In this document: piece by piece, positions 8,611 to 18,231 of the stretch
Layout of the letters: each line of letters opens with the position of its first letter
How positions within the stretch are numbered: the first letter of the stretch is position 1
NCBI GenBank assembly: GCA_016929445.1
Contig: JAFGIU010000041.1
Coordinates: 1,929 to 65,928, forward strand
Length of the DNA: 64,000 nt
Origin: Candidatus Omnitrophota bacterium
GTDB taxonomy: Bacteria; Omnitrophota; Gorgyraeia; JAFGIU01
Direction of reading: 5' to 3'
Made by a program: the position numbers and the translations under genes
Notes under the pieces: model-generated
What the model was told of the DNA's origin: nothing
Database searches by the model: none
What the model saw: the letters and a program-made list of their open reading frames with translations, nothing else

Positions 8611-11600
8611 GTGATGAAGAAAAGAAATCTCTTGCCCGCAACGATTGCTTTTGTAAGCGTGCTTCTCGCTGCGATTCCTTGCGCCAATGCATCAGCCCCC
8701 AAACTCGCGACCATCGCAACCTTTGGCGACGCAGAGATTGAAGCCTTCTGGATCAAGCGCTATAGAATCGACCCCACTCGCCTTCAGCGTATTGCCGAGC
8801 TCAGTGAAGCATCTCCAAGACTTTTCAACACATTGATTGGGAGAAGCAATCCTGGCGCTGCTTGGCTCTCTCTGATGCTTAAGGAGGCTGCGGAAGAGGC
8901 CGGTGCAACTGGAGTGCCCTCCGAGGAAGTGTTACGTTGGATGGAATCGCAACCAGGGCAGCAGGGTTGGTCTCTTCTTGCAGATGCTAAGTCAGTCTTG
9001 GCGCCGTCTGGCAGACGCAAGAGCCTGGAGTCGTTACTCGGCTCGGAAGGGAGCGCTCAGCTTTTGGGTTGGGTGAATCAAACACTTGCAGGACCGATGC
9101 CTGAAGGGTTTCACGATCCCTTCCGGGCGTATCTTGGGAGCGATGTGGTCAACGAAGTCCGGGCCATAAATACGGTGATGAGAGAACTCGGTTATCCCCT
9201 TTCAGATTGGATATTGGAAGAGTGGCGAGAACTACAGAGACTCGGAGAGCAAGTTGCCCTGGCCATCCCCAATATTGAGAACTTGGATGAAGAACAAAGG
9301 ATGCAATATCCGGAGTATGTACGCCTCAAGAGGATGCGGAATTTCTTGGAGCTTTATGTGAACGATTTGTACCAGTTGGAATGGATCATTCGGCACACTC
9401 AGGAGAAAGAAGCTGAGTATTGGCCTGCAGTTTGGGCGACTCTTGAGGTCAGGGCTGGTGTGAGTCGCACGCAGATCCAGGCTTCTGAGAGCGTGATTCG
9501 CGATCTGTTGGTGAACTTACCGTTGGAAGGATCATTGCGTAAACCCTTTATTGGTGAGAGGGAGCAAAAGATCTTGTTGAGGTTGAGCCAAGAATGGGGG
9601 GTGCCATTGGGCAGGCTAGCAGCGCTCATTGAAGAGGAACAACATCGGGGCGAAAAACAGAAGGGCCTTGAATTACTGCAATCTGGTCGTGCTAGCGTCG
9701 ATTACCAGATTGCCATGATGCATGCATTCCAGGAGAACCTGGCTGAGATTCTACACGCACCGATTCAAGCAGGCGAGGTCATTGTCCATAAGATTCCATC
9801 CGGCGAGTCTGTAACCCAACTATTTGCAACTCATGCAACCCAGCCGGAGTACTTGGCATCAATGGCTTTAATGGGGATTATGGGGGAGGCCCCTGCCAGG
9901 AAAATAGCACCGTCCTCTGTTCAGGCCCTCAGCGGTGGGGCGGTGACGACGGGCACTTCTTTCCAAGTCGGCGCAGTGGAAAGAACCTTTGGAAATATTC
10001 CTAATCCCTATGGATTTTACGATCCCCAACACAATTCAATGGCGAAACATGGATATCAATATTTCTTGATGACGAATCCCAGGCCTGGGGGTGAGTACGG
10101 AGTGTTTATTCCTTGGCAGCAAATGTGTGAAGCGCGTAGGGATCGAGACTTGGATATTCAGCTTTACCAAGAGTGGAGTGTCGGGGGTGAGACTTTTAGG
10201 AGAAAGATCGCCGAATTGGGTAGGGTGGGTGCAGAGGAGTGGCGTGACCAAATGATGACACAGCTCACTATCTACAACAGTGACGTGCAACAAAGGATGA
10301 GAGCTCGGGGGGTAAGAGATCTTGAGAGGGCGGTGCAGGCTTGGAGAGAAGAAGGGACGATTGCCACAGGCAGAGATCCGTGGATGATTGAACACCGTGC
10401 TGCGGGGGAGGAGCAGGGAGAGATTACCATTTACCCTCCAGTGGACGGCCTGGATATCGACGCCCAGGGCGGTATGCTGATGGTCCCAGCAGCACAGCTC
10501 GAGGCCTTTCTCCTGGATATCATGCAATTTGCGGCCGAACACGGACTGCCGCTCAATCCTGACAAAGTCCTTCCACGCGTGGTTCCCTATGAAGAGGAAA
10601 ACCTGCAGCTCGCCATGTTGGCTATGGAGCATCGCGATCTGAATGAGGTCAGGGCTTCAGCACGAGATAGAGTCTGGAGAGCGTGGGATGCTCTTACGGG
10701 AGTTAGACCGCGCCTCGAACTCCTCTCCCCAGAAACAGGCCGGGAAGCATTGGAATTGTTTGGCGTAGTTTGTTGTAAAGTAATGGCTGAAAAGTATGGT
10801 GAGTCGCTTGGCCAAGCCGCAGCCACGATTGCAGGAGACCCAGTGACATTTGCGATAATCATCTCTAATGAGGACATTTTATCCGCATTTGTAGAGGCAG
10901 TGAAGAAACGCTTTGGTGCGGAGATCTCGACGGAGGAGGTCTCGAAGGCATTCAAAAAGCTTTGGTTTCATCGAGAGGTACCTACCAATCCGCTGCTGAT
11001 TGCTGCAGAGGGAGATAGGGTTGCGCTGTCAGGGTTTTCTGCCGAGGAAGCCTCGAGACTCTTACAAGCTGCGGTGCTTGCATCCAAGGGAGGAATTTTG
11101 TCAGAGGGGAAGAACAGTGTTGTTGCTGCAAGCGGGGGAGCATCGATCACCTTTTATAGTTCTGGTACTGCTATTGTAGGCTGGCGCTCTGAGGCAAAGC
11201 AATGGATGGCAGGGCAACAGAGGGCATGGGTGCGAGAGGCGCTCACCACAGCCTATGCGTATGACCTTTTTGAAGAGCCCCATTGGGATCCATTCCTGCG
11301 GCAGTACCTACATTTTCTACCTTTAAACCTCTCTGAGGAAGTGGTCGAGCGGTTGCTCGCGAGTGAAAATACAAACAAGGAAGAGGTCTTTACAGCGCCC
11401 GAGGAGCGTGCGATTGCTGAGGCGGCCATCCGGGGCATCGCAGGGTGTCCCTCAGAGGATCTGGATTGGCAAAGCGATCCGGACGGATATGAAGTCGCAG
11501 AGATTAGTCAGCAGCCTGACGTGTTGGGTCGCATCTTTGGTAGTGAACGCATCCAAAGGGCCTGGACAGTTCGTTATGAAGGGCTTCCGCTGTTATTGGC

Positions 11601-13419
11601 GGCGCAGGTGGACGACCGAGCACTGTACACTCGACTTTCTGAATCCCGTCAGGCAGACCGAACATTGCTCCGCTACTTTAGGACAGATCCTTCCGCACGC
11701 ATGTGGGCGGTTCATCCTTATGGTGTTTCGCACATCGGGCCGGGCTCGGGTGCTGTGGATCAGTTGCGCATCCCTGTGCTGCCCGGAGTGTGGCCTGGAG
11801 GCTATGCCAGCTTGTTGCTCGAGGCTGCCCTGCCACTCATTCAGGAGGGGGACGAGGTGGTGGACCTGGGGTGTGGAACTGGGATTATTGGAATTCGTGC
11901 TGCTGAGCAAGGCGCGTTTGTGCAAGCCCTGGACTTAGACCTGATGGCTGTGGAAAACACGCGAGTTGCCGCAGAGATTTCTGGGGTGGCCGATCGCGTT
12001 GTGGCCAAGGTATCTGACGGGTTGGCCGAGGTGCAGGAGCCGGTGGACTTCATTCTTTTTGGTGCCCCATTGGTGCAGCCAGAAGCGGCCGAGGATGACG
12101 CGCGCCACACGGCCACACGGGATGGCGGATTCAATCTGATGCGGTCCGTTATGCAGGATCTTCCGAGAAAACTGAAGCCCGGAGGCTCGCTCATCATGTA
12201 CAACAACGACTTTGTGACAGAAAAGATCCTCAGAGGATTTCTGGGGGGGCATTCTGGTGACTTCCAAATGCGGAGTCGGAAAAGTGAGAGCGGACTGGTT
12301 GTCTGGGTAGTGGAATACCGGCCCGTGTTGTTGCCTTTGGGGCCAGAGGGGCTGCCGGATGCACTACACCTGAATATCCCGGGAACGGGATACAACTCGA
12401 TGGCAATTCCGGAAGTGGCGGAAATATTTCGTTCCTATTTGGATGATCTGGCAGATCCCGAAGGGGCTCTCGCCTTCCAGCTCAAACGAAACCTTGCAGG
12501 TTCGATGGCAGGCTGGCCGACCTTCGAAAATCATTCCGCCTTTTTGAGGCAAATCGGTGGAGAGGTTGGGATGGGTTCAACGGTCTACTATCCATTTGGA
12601 GGCGCCGATCCGTACACACCTTTTGCTATGGATTCTGATGTAGAGGATGTTATCGCTTTTGGTCTGGAAAACTTCGGTTCCCCGGGGGATATTCAAAAGA
12701 TGTTCGGAGACGGCAATTATTACCACAGGGTGGGTGGGTTATTCGGCGGGATTGATTCTCATCTGTCCTTAGTCAATATGCTGCAGCGTCTGGGCTTGAA
12801 CGGCATAGGACCTTTGGCTTTGGCACGTTGTGTCAATTTTTTGGGAGCAGGAATAGAGGGAGTTTACTATTTTGATCTCCAAGAGGACGGCGACTTTAGA
12901 TTTTTGACTGAGGAGGACATGCGCGACCGTCCTGAGCAAGGGTTTAGGAATGCCGTAATTCAGTTTGAAGATCCTCATACAGGAAGGCTCAAAAGGTTCT
13001 GGTATATGCAGGACAATGTCTATGATCAAACATCACCCTTCAGAGCAACCCTTGGAAGGTTGCGTTTCGATACCCTGCTTCTCAAAGGCGCGCTGGACTT
13101 TCTTGAACCCGGTACGGATCCAAGCGATGTGGTGGATGAAAAGGTACTGCAGCAGGCGCGAAGACTGAACGCCAATGTGGTTGCGGATATGAACCAACAG
13201 CATATGAGCCGAGGCATTTGGAGAGTTCGACCCGATAGTATTCCTATTCCATTGGGCGAAATGTTTGGCTACGGCGGTGTGCAGCAAGGCGGAGAAGTCC
13301 ACTATGGGCCCTCAACTATGCTGGTGGAAGGCCCGAGTCGTGCGGATGAGGCGCGGCAGTTGCACCTAGGGACATGGCCTTCGCAGCAGGCAATAGTCGC
13401 TATTGAATCTTCTCTGTAG
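8611..13419 (+). CDS. Giant secreted protein, paralog P2 (1602 aa), with an internal degenerate HemK/PrmC-like SAM methyltransferase domain
   Basis: Signal peptide (ANA-SAP). N-terminal block shared with P1. The MTase domain (~aa 1030-1200) has IPVLPGVWPGG (compare HemK VLIPRPETE) and VDLGCGTGIIG (motif I), but FGAP replaces the NPPY motif IV. The MTase region is shared with P3 (IPVLPGVWPPG ... LDLGCGTGVIG). Preceded by a 170-bp AT-rich region. Confidence 0.8.
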   Translation: MMKKRNLLPATIAFVSVLLAAIPCANASAPKLATIATFGDAEIEAFWIKRYRIDPTRLQRIAELSEASPRLFNTLIGRSNPGAAWLSLMLKEAAEEAGATGVPSEEVLRWMESQPGQQGWSLLADAKSVLAPSGRRKSLESLLGSEGSAQLLGWVNQTLAGPMPEGFHDPFRAYLGSDVVNEVRAINTVMRELGYPLSDWILEEWRELQRLGEQVALAIPNIENLDEEQRMQYPEYVRLKRMRNFLELYVNDLYQLEWIIRHTQEKEAEYWPAVWATLEVRAGVSRTQIQASESVIRDLLVNLPLEGSLRKPFIGEREQKILLRLSQEWGVPLGRLAALIEEEQHRGEKQKGLELLQSGRASVDYQIAMMHAFQENLAEILHAPIQAGEVIVHKIPSGESVTQLFATHATQPEYLASMALMGIMGEAPARKIAPSSVQALSGGAVTTGTSFQVGAVERTFGNIPNPYGFYDPQHNSMAKHGYQYFLMTNPRPGGEYGVFIPWQQMCEARRDRDLDIQLYQEWSVGGETFRRKIAELGRVGAEEWRDQMMTQLTIYNSDVQQRMRARGVRDLERAVQAWREEGTIATGRDPWMIEHRAAGEEQGEITIYPPVDGLDIDAQGGMLMVPAAQLEAFLLDIMQFAAEHGLPLNPDKVLPRVVPYEEENLQLAMLAMEHRDLNEVRASARDRVWRAWDALTGVRPRLELLSPETGREALELFGVVCCKVMAEKYGESLGQAAATIAGDPVTFAIIISNEDILSAFVEAVKKRFGAEISTEEVSKAFKKLWFHREVPTNPLLIAAEGDRVALSGFSAEEASRLLQAAVLASKGGILSEGKNSVVAASGGASITFYSSGTAIVGWRSEAKQWMAGQQRAWVREALTTAYAYDLFEEPHWDPFLRQYLHFLPLNLSEEVVERLLASENTNKEEVFTAPEERAIAEAAIRGIAGCPSEDLDWQSDPDGYEVAEISQQPDVLGRIFGSERIQRAWTVRYEGLPLLLAAQVDDRALYTRLSESRQADRTLLRYFRTDPSARMWAVHPYGVSHIGPGSGAVDQLRIPVLPGVWPGGYASLLLEAALPLIQEGDEVVDLGCGTGIIGIRAAEQGAFVQALDLDLMAVENTRVAAEISGVADRVVAKVSDGLAEVQEPVDFILFGAPLVQPEAAEDDARHTATRDGGFNLMRSVMQDLPRKLKPGGSLIMYNNDFVTEKILRGFLGGHSGDFQMRSRKSESGLVVWVVEYRPVLLPLGPEGLPDALHLNIPGTGYNSMAIPEVAEIFRSYLDDLADPEGALAFQLKRNLAGSMAGWPTFENHSAFLRQIGGEVGMGSTVYYPFGGADPYTPFAMDSDVEDVIAFGLENFGSPGDIQKMFGDGNYYHRVGGLFGGIDSHLSLVNMLQRLGLNGIGPLALARCVNFLGAGIEGVYYFDLQEDGDFRFLTEEDMRDRPEQGFRNAVIQFEDPHTGRLKRFWYMQDNVYDQTSPFRATLGRLRFDTLLLKGALDFLEPGTDPSDVVDEKVLQQARRLNANVVADMNQQHMSRGIWRVRPDSIPIPLGEMFGYGGVQQGGEVHYGPSTMLVEGPSRADEARQLHLGTWPSQQAIVAIESSL

Positions 13420-13426
13420 ACCTGAT

Positions 13427-14143
13427 CTACCACGGCGCCAACTCAAAGAAACTCGAATCCTTCACAGTCTCGCCTTCTCCGGCATTGGCAATGTCCACAA
13501 ACTGCCGGGCCCATTCCTCAATAATGGCTTGGGCCTGCCAGTACCAAGCCAGATTCTTCAAATTCACAAGGGAGGCCTTTTCCTGTTCGCGGTCCGCAAA
13601 GGCGGCCACCACCTCGTTCGTGCGCCCGTCCCTGAGCCGCGCCTCAAAAGCCACCCGGCTCTTGGCGCCCATGCGCAGCAGGCCTCCCGCATAAGGAACG
13701 CCATAACTCAGCGTGTCCAGAAATGCCCGGTTCGGAATGATCTCCACCAAGGCCAGCTCCAGAATGATTGAGTTGCTCTGGGCTTCTTCCACGACCAGGT
13801 ATTTATGATCGCGATCCTGCGCAAAGGCCATCTTAAAGGCTTGGCGCGCGGTCTCGGCTACAAAGGGAATATCCTTTTCCGGGATTTGCCCCTTGCCGAT
13901 CTCCTTGATCCAATCCATTTCCAGTAAATAGCGGGTGTTGACCGGCGCGATATAGATCGTGGAGTAGTTGTCCCAGCTAAAGCCTTCGGCCATCCAGGCT
14001 TTGTGAAAGGGGAAGCGTTCGTCCTCCAGCAGTTGCTCCTCGGACACAAAACCCGCCGAGGGCGCAGGCTTGGCCTTGAAAGAACAAGCGCTCAAACCCA
14101 GACAGAGGAGGATGAAAAGCAGGAAGATACGGGAACGGCACAT
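13427..14143 (-). CDS. Putative lipoprotein of unknown function
   Basis: ATG at 14143. Signal peptide plus lipobox (LGLSAC). ~238 aa. Confidence 0.55.
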   Translation of the reverse strand: MCRSRIFLLFILLCLGLSACSFKAKPAPSAGFVSEEQLLEDERFPFHKAWMAEGFSWDNYSTIYIAPVNTRYLLEMDWIKEIGKGQIPEKDIPFVAETARQAFKMAFAQDRDHKYLVVEEAQSNSIILELALVEIIPNRAFLDTLSYGVPYAGGLLRMGAKSRVAFEARLRDGRTNEVVAAFADREQEKASLVNLKNLAWYWQAQAIIEEWARQFVDIANAGEGETVKDSSFFELAPW

Positions 14144-14234
14144 GCATTCATTATAACCGACTGCGCAAGTTAGGGTAGGGGGTAGACAAAGCATTTATTG
14201 CCTGCCCCTTTCCCTATCGCTTACCATAGTTTCT

Positions 14235-14891
14235 ATGGTGCACTCCAAGGTCCACCGATCCCTTAGCGGACGTTTCTTCGATACCCTGCTTTTTCCTTTG
14301 CGGGCGTTATTTGCGGGTACGGAACCCAAATGGGGGCTTTCCACTCTGCGGGATGAGCGCATGCGCGCTGTTGCGCGGCATTGCAAGGGCCGCGTGCTGG
14401 ACGTGGGCTGTGGTCCGGGGAATCTTTTTATCCGGGACTTCATCGGCCCGGACCAGGGTGTGGGCGTGGATGTCTTTGCTTATGAGGGAGTAGAAAATGT
14501 GGTTGATGACCCTTGCCGCCTGCCCTTCGAGGATGAGTCCTTCGACACCCTGAGCTTGGTGGCGGTTGTGAGCCATATTCCTCAATCCAAACGCGTAGAA
14601 GAGTTTAAGGAATTCGCGCGGGTTCTCAAACCCGGCGGATTGCTGGTGGCCACTGAGGGGGAGCCCGTCACGCAAACCCTGGTGCATCAATGGGCGCATT
14701 TCTATTGCGCCTTGCGCGGCAAAAAGGACATGGACACGGAGCGGGGCATGGAAGAGGACGAGCAATACTGCATGCCCCATAAGGAGCTGCTCAGCTACCT
14801 GAATACTCCGCCCCTTCAGTTTGTCCGGCGCCGGCCTTTTATGTGGGGCCTTAACTGGGTCTTTATCGCGCAGAAGCAGGGCTCCTTTTAG
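14235..14891 (+). CDS. Class I SAM-dependent methyltransferase (Methyltransf_11-like)
   Basis: Motif I VLDVGCGPGN, followed by an acidic motif II and motif III LKPGGLL. Confidence 0.75.
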   Translation: MVHSKVHRSLSGRFFDTLLFPLRALFAGTEPKWGLSTLRDERMRAVARHCKGRVLDVGCGPGNLFIRDFIGPDQGVGVDVFAYEGVENVVDDPCRLPFEDESFDTLSLVAVVSHIPQSKRVEEFKEFARVLKPGGLLVATEGEPVTQTLVHQWAHFYCALRGKKDMDTERGMEEDEQYCMPHKELLSYLNTPPLQFVRRRPFMWGLNWVFIAQKQGSF

Positions 14892-14918
14892 GCGCTTTGC
14901 TGTTACACTGAGTAGGCC

Positions 14919-15689
14919 ATGCCGTACTCTGTCTTTCTCAAAGACGAATCCTTTCCTCTGCCGATCGAGCCGGTGAGCCGGGTTCTGCATCAGGTCCTGG
15001 GCGGGGTGATGCTCGATTACTTTCCGCAGCTTAAACTTCACTACGGGTGGATTGCCAAGGATCTGGATCTTTCTACCGCCGATGCGTTGCTTGCGGCATT
15101 GGAGTCTGCGGGTTTTCCGGCCCTCAAGAAGGAGGATTCGGAGCCCAAGGGCGCGCTTCAACTCTATGCGGTCAAAAAGGCGGAACTGAAGGAGGACTTC
15201 CTTTACGCCCAGATCGGAATCACCGAAGCCCTTACGTCTGTGCCCTGGCACAGTCTATCTATCGTCTCCATCGGGAGTGTGCCTATCACCAAACAGAAAA
15301 GCGTGGTGGGGGAGGCCAAAAAACACAGCATTAATTGGGGAGTGACTGCCCTTACCGGCATTCCCGTGAGCAAAACCAAGACCGTCAAGACAACCCGTTT
15401 TGAAAACGTTTCCGAACAAGGGGTTCTGATTCACCTGATTTTTGCTCAGGAAAAGATCTTGTTGGAGATCCGCCCCACCGCATTCAACTATGCGTATCTG
15501 AAAGAGCGCCTGGCCACCAACTCCCGCGAGAATTTTAAGACCTTGCTTCAGGACCTACAGCGCTTTGCCACCCAGGCCTGCTGGACGCGCGTGTCCCGGA
15601 AATTTCTGGAGACCGGGGAGCTCAAGCCGGACTTCGTGGACGCCAAGGACTTCCTGCGTTACAACTCGTGGATTTTGGAGAAGTCGTGA
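14919..15689 (+). CDS. Hypothetical protein
   Basis: 256-aa ORF in coding-dense context. No motif recognised. Confidence 0.45.
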   Translation: MPYSVFLKDESFPLPIEPVSRVLHQVLGGVMLDYFPQLKLHYGWIAKDLDLSTADALLAALESAGFPALKKEDSEPKGALQLYAVKKAELKEDFLYAQIGITEALTSVPWHSLSIVSIGSVPITKQKSVVGEAKKHSINWGVTALTGIPVSKTKTVKTTRFENVSEQGVLIHLIFAQEKILLEIRPTAFNYAYLKERLATNSRENFKTLLQDLQRFATQACWTRVSRKFLETGELKPDFVDAKDFLRYNSWILEKS

Positions 15690-15753
15690 TTTTGGGGGCC
15701 AAAGATTGCTTCCCCTTTAAAAGGCTCAGGGTCTCAATGAAGGCTGAACGCCC

Positions 15754-18231
15754 TTACTCAAATTTGAGCAGGTACCACGGACTCTGCGTGCCGCTCAAAT
15801 TCAGATCATGGCGCACGCGTCCGGACGCCAGGGAGGGCTCTTCATGGGGCTCGCCTTTTTCGTCGAGCGCATAGACCTGCAGCGAGTAGCGGTCGTGAAT
15901 GAAGAGTTGCAGATCCATGCCGCACAACATCGGTGTGCCGTCTCCCCATAAAAAGTGTTTGTCGCTGCGGCGCTTACTGCCGCGCGCTTGCAGGGGGCCC
16001 ACCGCATACAGAATCAGCTCTTGTGCTTCATCCAAAGGAACTCCGTCCGGGGCAATGAGGGCGCCAACGCCCTGGGAGCGGGTGTGGAACAGGGTCCGGC
16101 GTTTGGGGCTGGGGTTTAGGGCCGGGGCTCCGTAAATAATCGCCGCGCTGGAGTTGCTAAGGCCAATTCCGGTTTCGCTCACGGTCTTCTTCAGTTCCTC
16201 TTTTCCCAGATAAACCAGACTGCCCAAACTGCAGAGCAGGAGCTGTTGCGGGTTCGCCGCGATCTCAAAGTAGTCGTTTACTGCGCTGGCGTATTCATAG
16301 GAGTCAGCGCTATTCGCGAAGTTGTACTGGAATACTGCATCCCATCCGCGCTCTCTGGCGGTGTGGGCCAGGAGTACCGGCGTCTCCCAAGAGAATGTAT
16401 TGGGATAGCAATGATTCCATTCGCTTACGGTGAAGGGTTTGTCGCGGACTTCTTTCTCGATCAATCCGGCGAGCAGCCCCGTCTCCTCGGCCTCGCCCTC
16501 CTTGCCGAAGATGGATTCATTATGGATCCGGAAATCGCTGCGATCCCAGGCTTTGTCCGGGAACTGCGGGTAATCCCAAAATGCCTGGGCATCCACATAG
16601 TCCAGGTCTTCTTGGGTCCTGAGATTTTCCGGCAGAGGGTAGCCGCTGATGCCTGTGACCGGGACTTGAACCCCCGCCTCCACACGCAGAAAGCGCTCCA
16701 TCTCCGTGAAATAGGCCCTTTCCAATTCCAGGTAGAATTCCCGGATGTCCTTTTGCATGAGCTCAGGATAGAAATAAAGCCATGCGTACTTGGGGCGTTT
16801 GAAGTCAAATCGTGTCCTTTGGGCTTCCTTCATCAAAATGGGCAGAGTCGTGACCTTGGAGAGCCGCACATCTTTGATTCGCACCATGGCTTTTTGGGCG
16901 CCGAAGTAGAAGGTGAGTTTGGCGTTGAGGCAGTCGTCCGTGGCCGTAAAGGGAATCTGGTAGATGCGCCAGGCGCGATCCAATTCGCAAGATTGGTCAA
17001 GGCCGAGATGGGTGAGCGGAAAAGTCGCCTGCTGAATTACCGCCTGGATGTTGAGTGTGCGGTCTGCGCTGCCGGTGAATTCCAAGAGGTAGTTTTGCCC
17101 GGCCACAGTGGGAATGCGATTGCGCCGGTACTGAAGGTGCTCGGCTTTTCCGGTAACCAGATCGGCGTGCAGGATGGCCGCGCCGGCTGCGGAGTTGAAA
17201 CGGCAACGGGCATCGGCGTGTTTTTCGACCACCCACAGATGATCTTGCTGAACAATGGCGCGCTCCACAGGTTCCAGACCATCGAGGCCCCAGATAGCAA
17301 TGGCCTCCGCCGGGGTGGGGTATTTTTTCTCCAGCCAACGGTTCCACCGGTCATCCAGCTGCTTCAAGTAGAACTCCGGCAAATAGGCCTTTTCCCACAG
17401 ATTGTCGGGTTCGTTGAGCCGGCCTTGTTGCCAGGCCCGGATCAGGGAACAGTCGTTGACGATTTCGACGAAGGCGACAGCGGGTTCCTCAGAGTAGCGG
17501 CTTTCGGTGTAGGGGTTGTAGTGCGTAAGCAATTGCTTTGCGTAAATTTGTTGGAGCTTGATGAGGTGCGGGTCAAATAGACAGGCAGGCTTTGCTCCGG
17601 GGCCGAGCAGTCCGGCTTGGACAACACCGTCAGCCACCGTGAACCGGCGGTTGGTCAGTAGATTGAATGCGGTGTAGATGCCGCGCCGCTTAAGCAAGTA
17701 AATTAAACGGTCCATCCGGTCGAGCTGTTCCCTGCTGATCAATTGGGTGTTTTTGAGTTGCGGGTCGGTGTAACCGGGGGCACTGTCCTCCAACAAGCCA
17801 TCGGGGGCAAAGGCGCTGTCGATATCGCTGAAGCGGACTGCATTGAAACCGAAAAAAGCGATGCGATCTGCCGCAAACTTGGCCTCTTCCTCCGGAGGGA
17901 ATGCGCCTGAACGGCACAAATTAGTGCCCCAGAAGCGAGCTGGGCTGCCGTTATCAAATTGAAAATCCGCGCCGTTAACCTCGACATAGCCGTGAATACC
18001 GGCCGGCGCATTCAGCACATGCCTCCCGATATTGGCTGGAGAGTCCGGGTCGAGGTTTTTGTCCAGGGTAAAGGCGTACCAGGCCTCGGTGCTTTGAGCA
18101 AAGGCGGGCGGTATGAAGAGAAGAAACAGGGCAATCGTCATCGCAATGACAAAGATTGCTTTCCCTTCGGCAGGCTCAGGGTCGCAATGCCGGATTAGAT
18201 CTGCTCGCGGTGGCCTTGGAGTGATGGTCAT
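15754..18231 (-). CDS. Secreted glycoside hydrolase (TIM-barrel, GH5-like/cellulase superfamily)
   Basis: N-terminal signal/TM (IALFLLFIPPAFAQS). RFWGTNL and NAVRF motifs typical of GH clan A. Its ATG overlaps the stop of the upstream kinase (ATGA coupling). Confidence 0.55.
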   Translation of the reverse strand: MTITPRPPRADLIRHCDPEPAEGKAIFVIAMTIALFLLFIPPAFAQSTEAWYAFTLDKNLDPDSPANIGRHVLNAPAGIHGYVEVNGADFQFDNGSPARFWGTNLCRSGAFPPEEEAKFAADRIAFFGFNAVRFSDIDSAFAPDGLLEDSAPGYTDPQLKNTQLISREQLDRMDRLIYLLKRRGIYTAFNLLTNRRFTVADGVVQAGLLGPGAKPACLFDPHLIKLQQIYAKQLLTHYNPYTESRYSEEPAVAFVEIVNDCSLIRAWQQGRLNEPDNLWEKAYLPEFYLKQLDDRWNRWLEKKYPTPAEAIAIWGLDGLEPVERAIVQQDHLWVVEKHADARCRFNSAAGAAILHADLVTGKAEHLQYRRNRIPTVAGQNYLLEFTGSADRTLNIQAVIQQATFPLTHLGLDQSCELDRAWRIYQIPFTATDDCLNAKLTFYFGAQKAMVRIKDVRLSKVTTLPILMKEAQRTRFDFKRPKYAWLYFYPELMQKDIREFYLELERAYFTEMERFLRVEAGVQVPVTGISGYPLPENLRTQEDLDYVDAQAFWDYPQFPDKAWDRSDFRIHNESIFGKEGEAEETGLLAGLIEKEVRDKPFTVSEWNHCYPNTFSWETPVLLAHTARERGWDAVFQYNFANSADSYEYASAVNDYFEIAANPQQLLLCSLGSLVYLGKEELKKTVSETGIGLSNSSAAIIYGAPALNPSPKRRTLFHTRSQGVGALIAPDGVPLDEAQELILYAVGPLQARGSKRRSDKHFLWGDGTPMLCGMDLQLFIHDRYSLQVYALDEKGEPHEEPSLASGRVRHDLNLSGTQSPWYLLKFE

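Noticed and set aside
16246-17580. 444-aa plus-strand ORF
   Set aside because: Antisense to the glycoside hydrolase gene. Low-complexity Gly/Val/Arg-rich translation.
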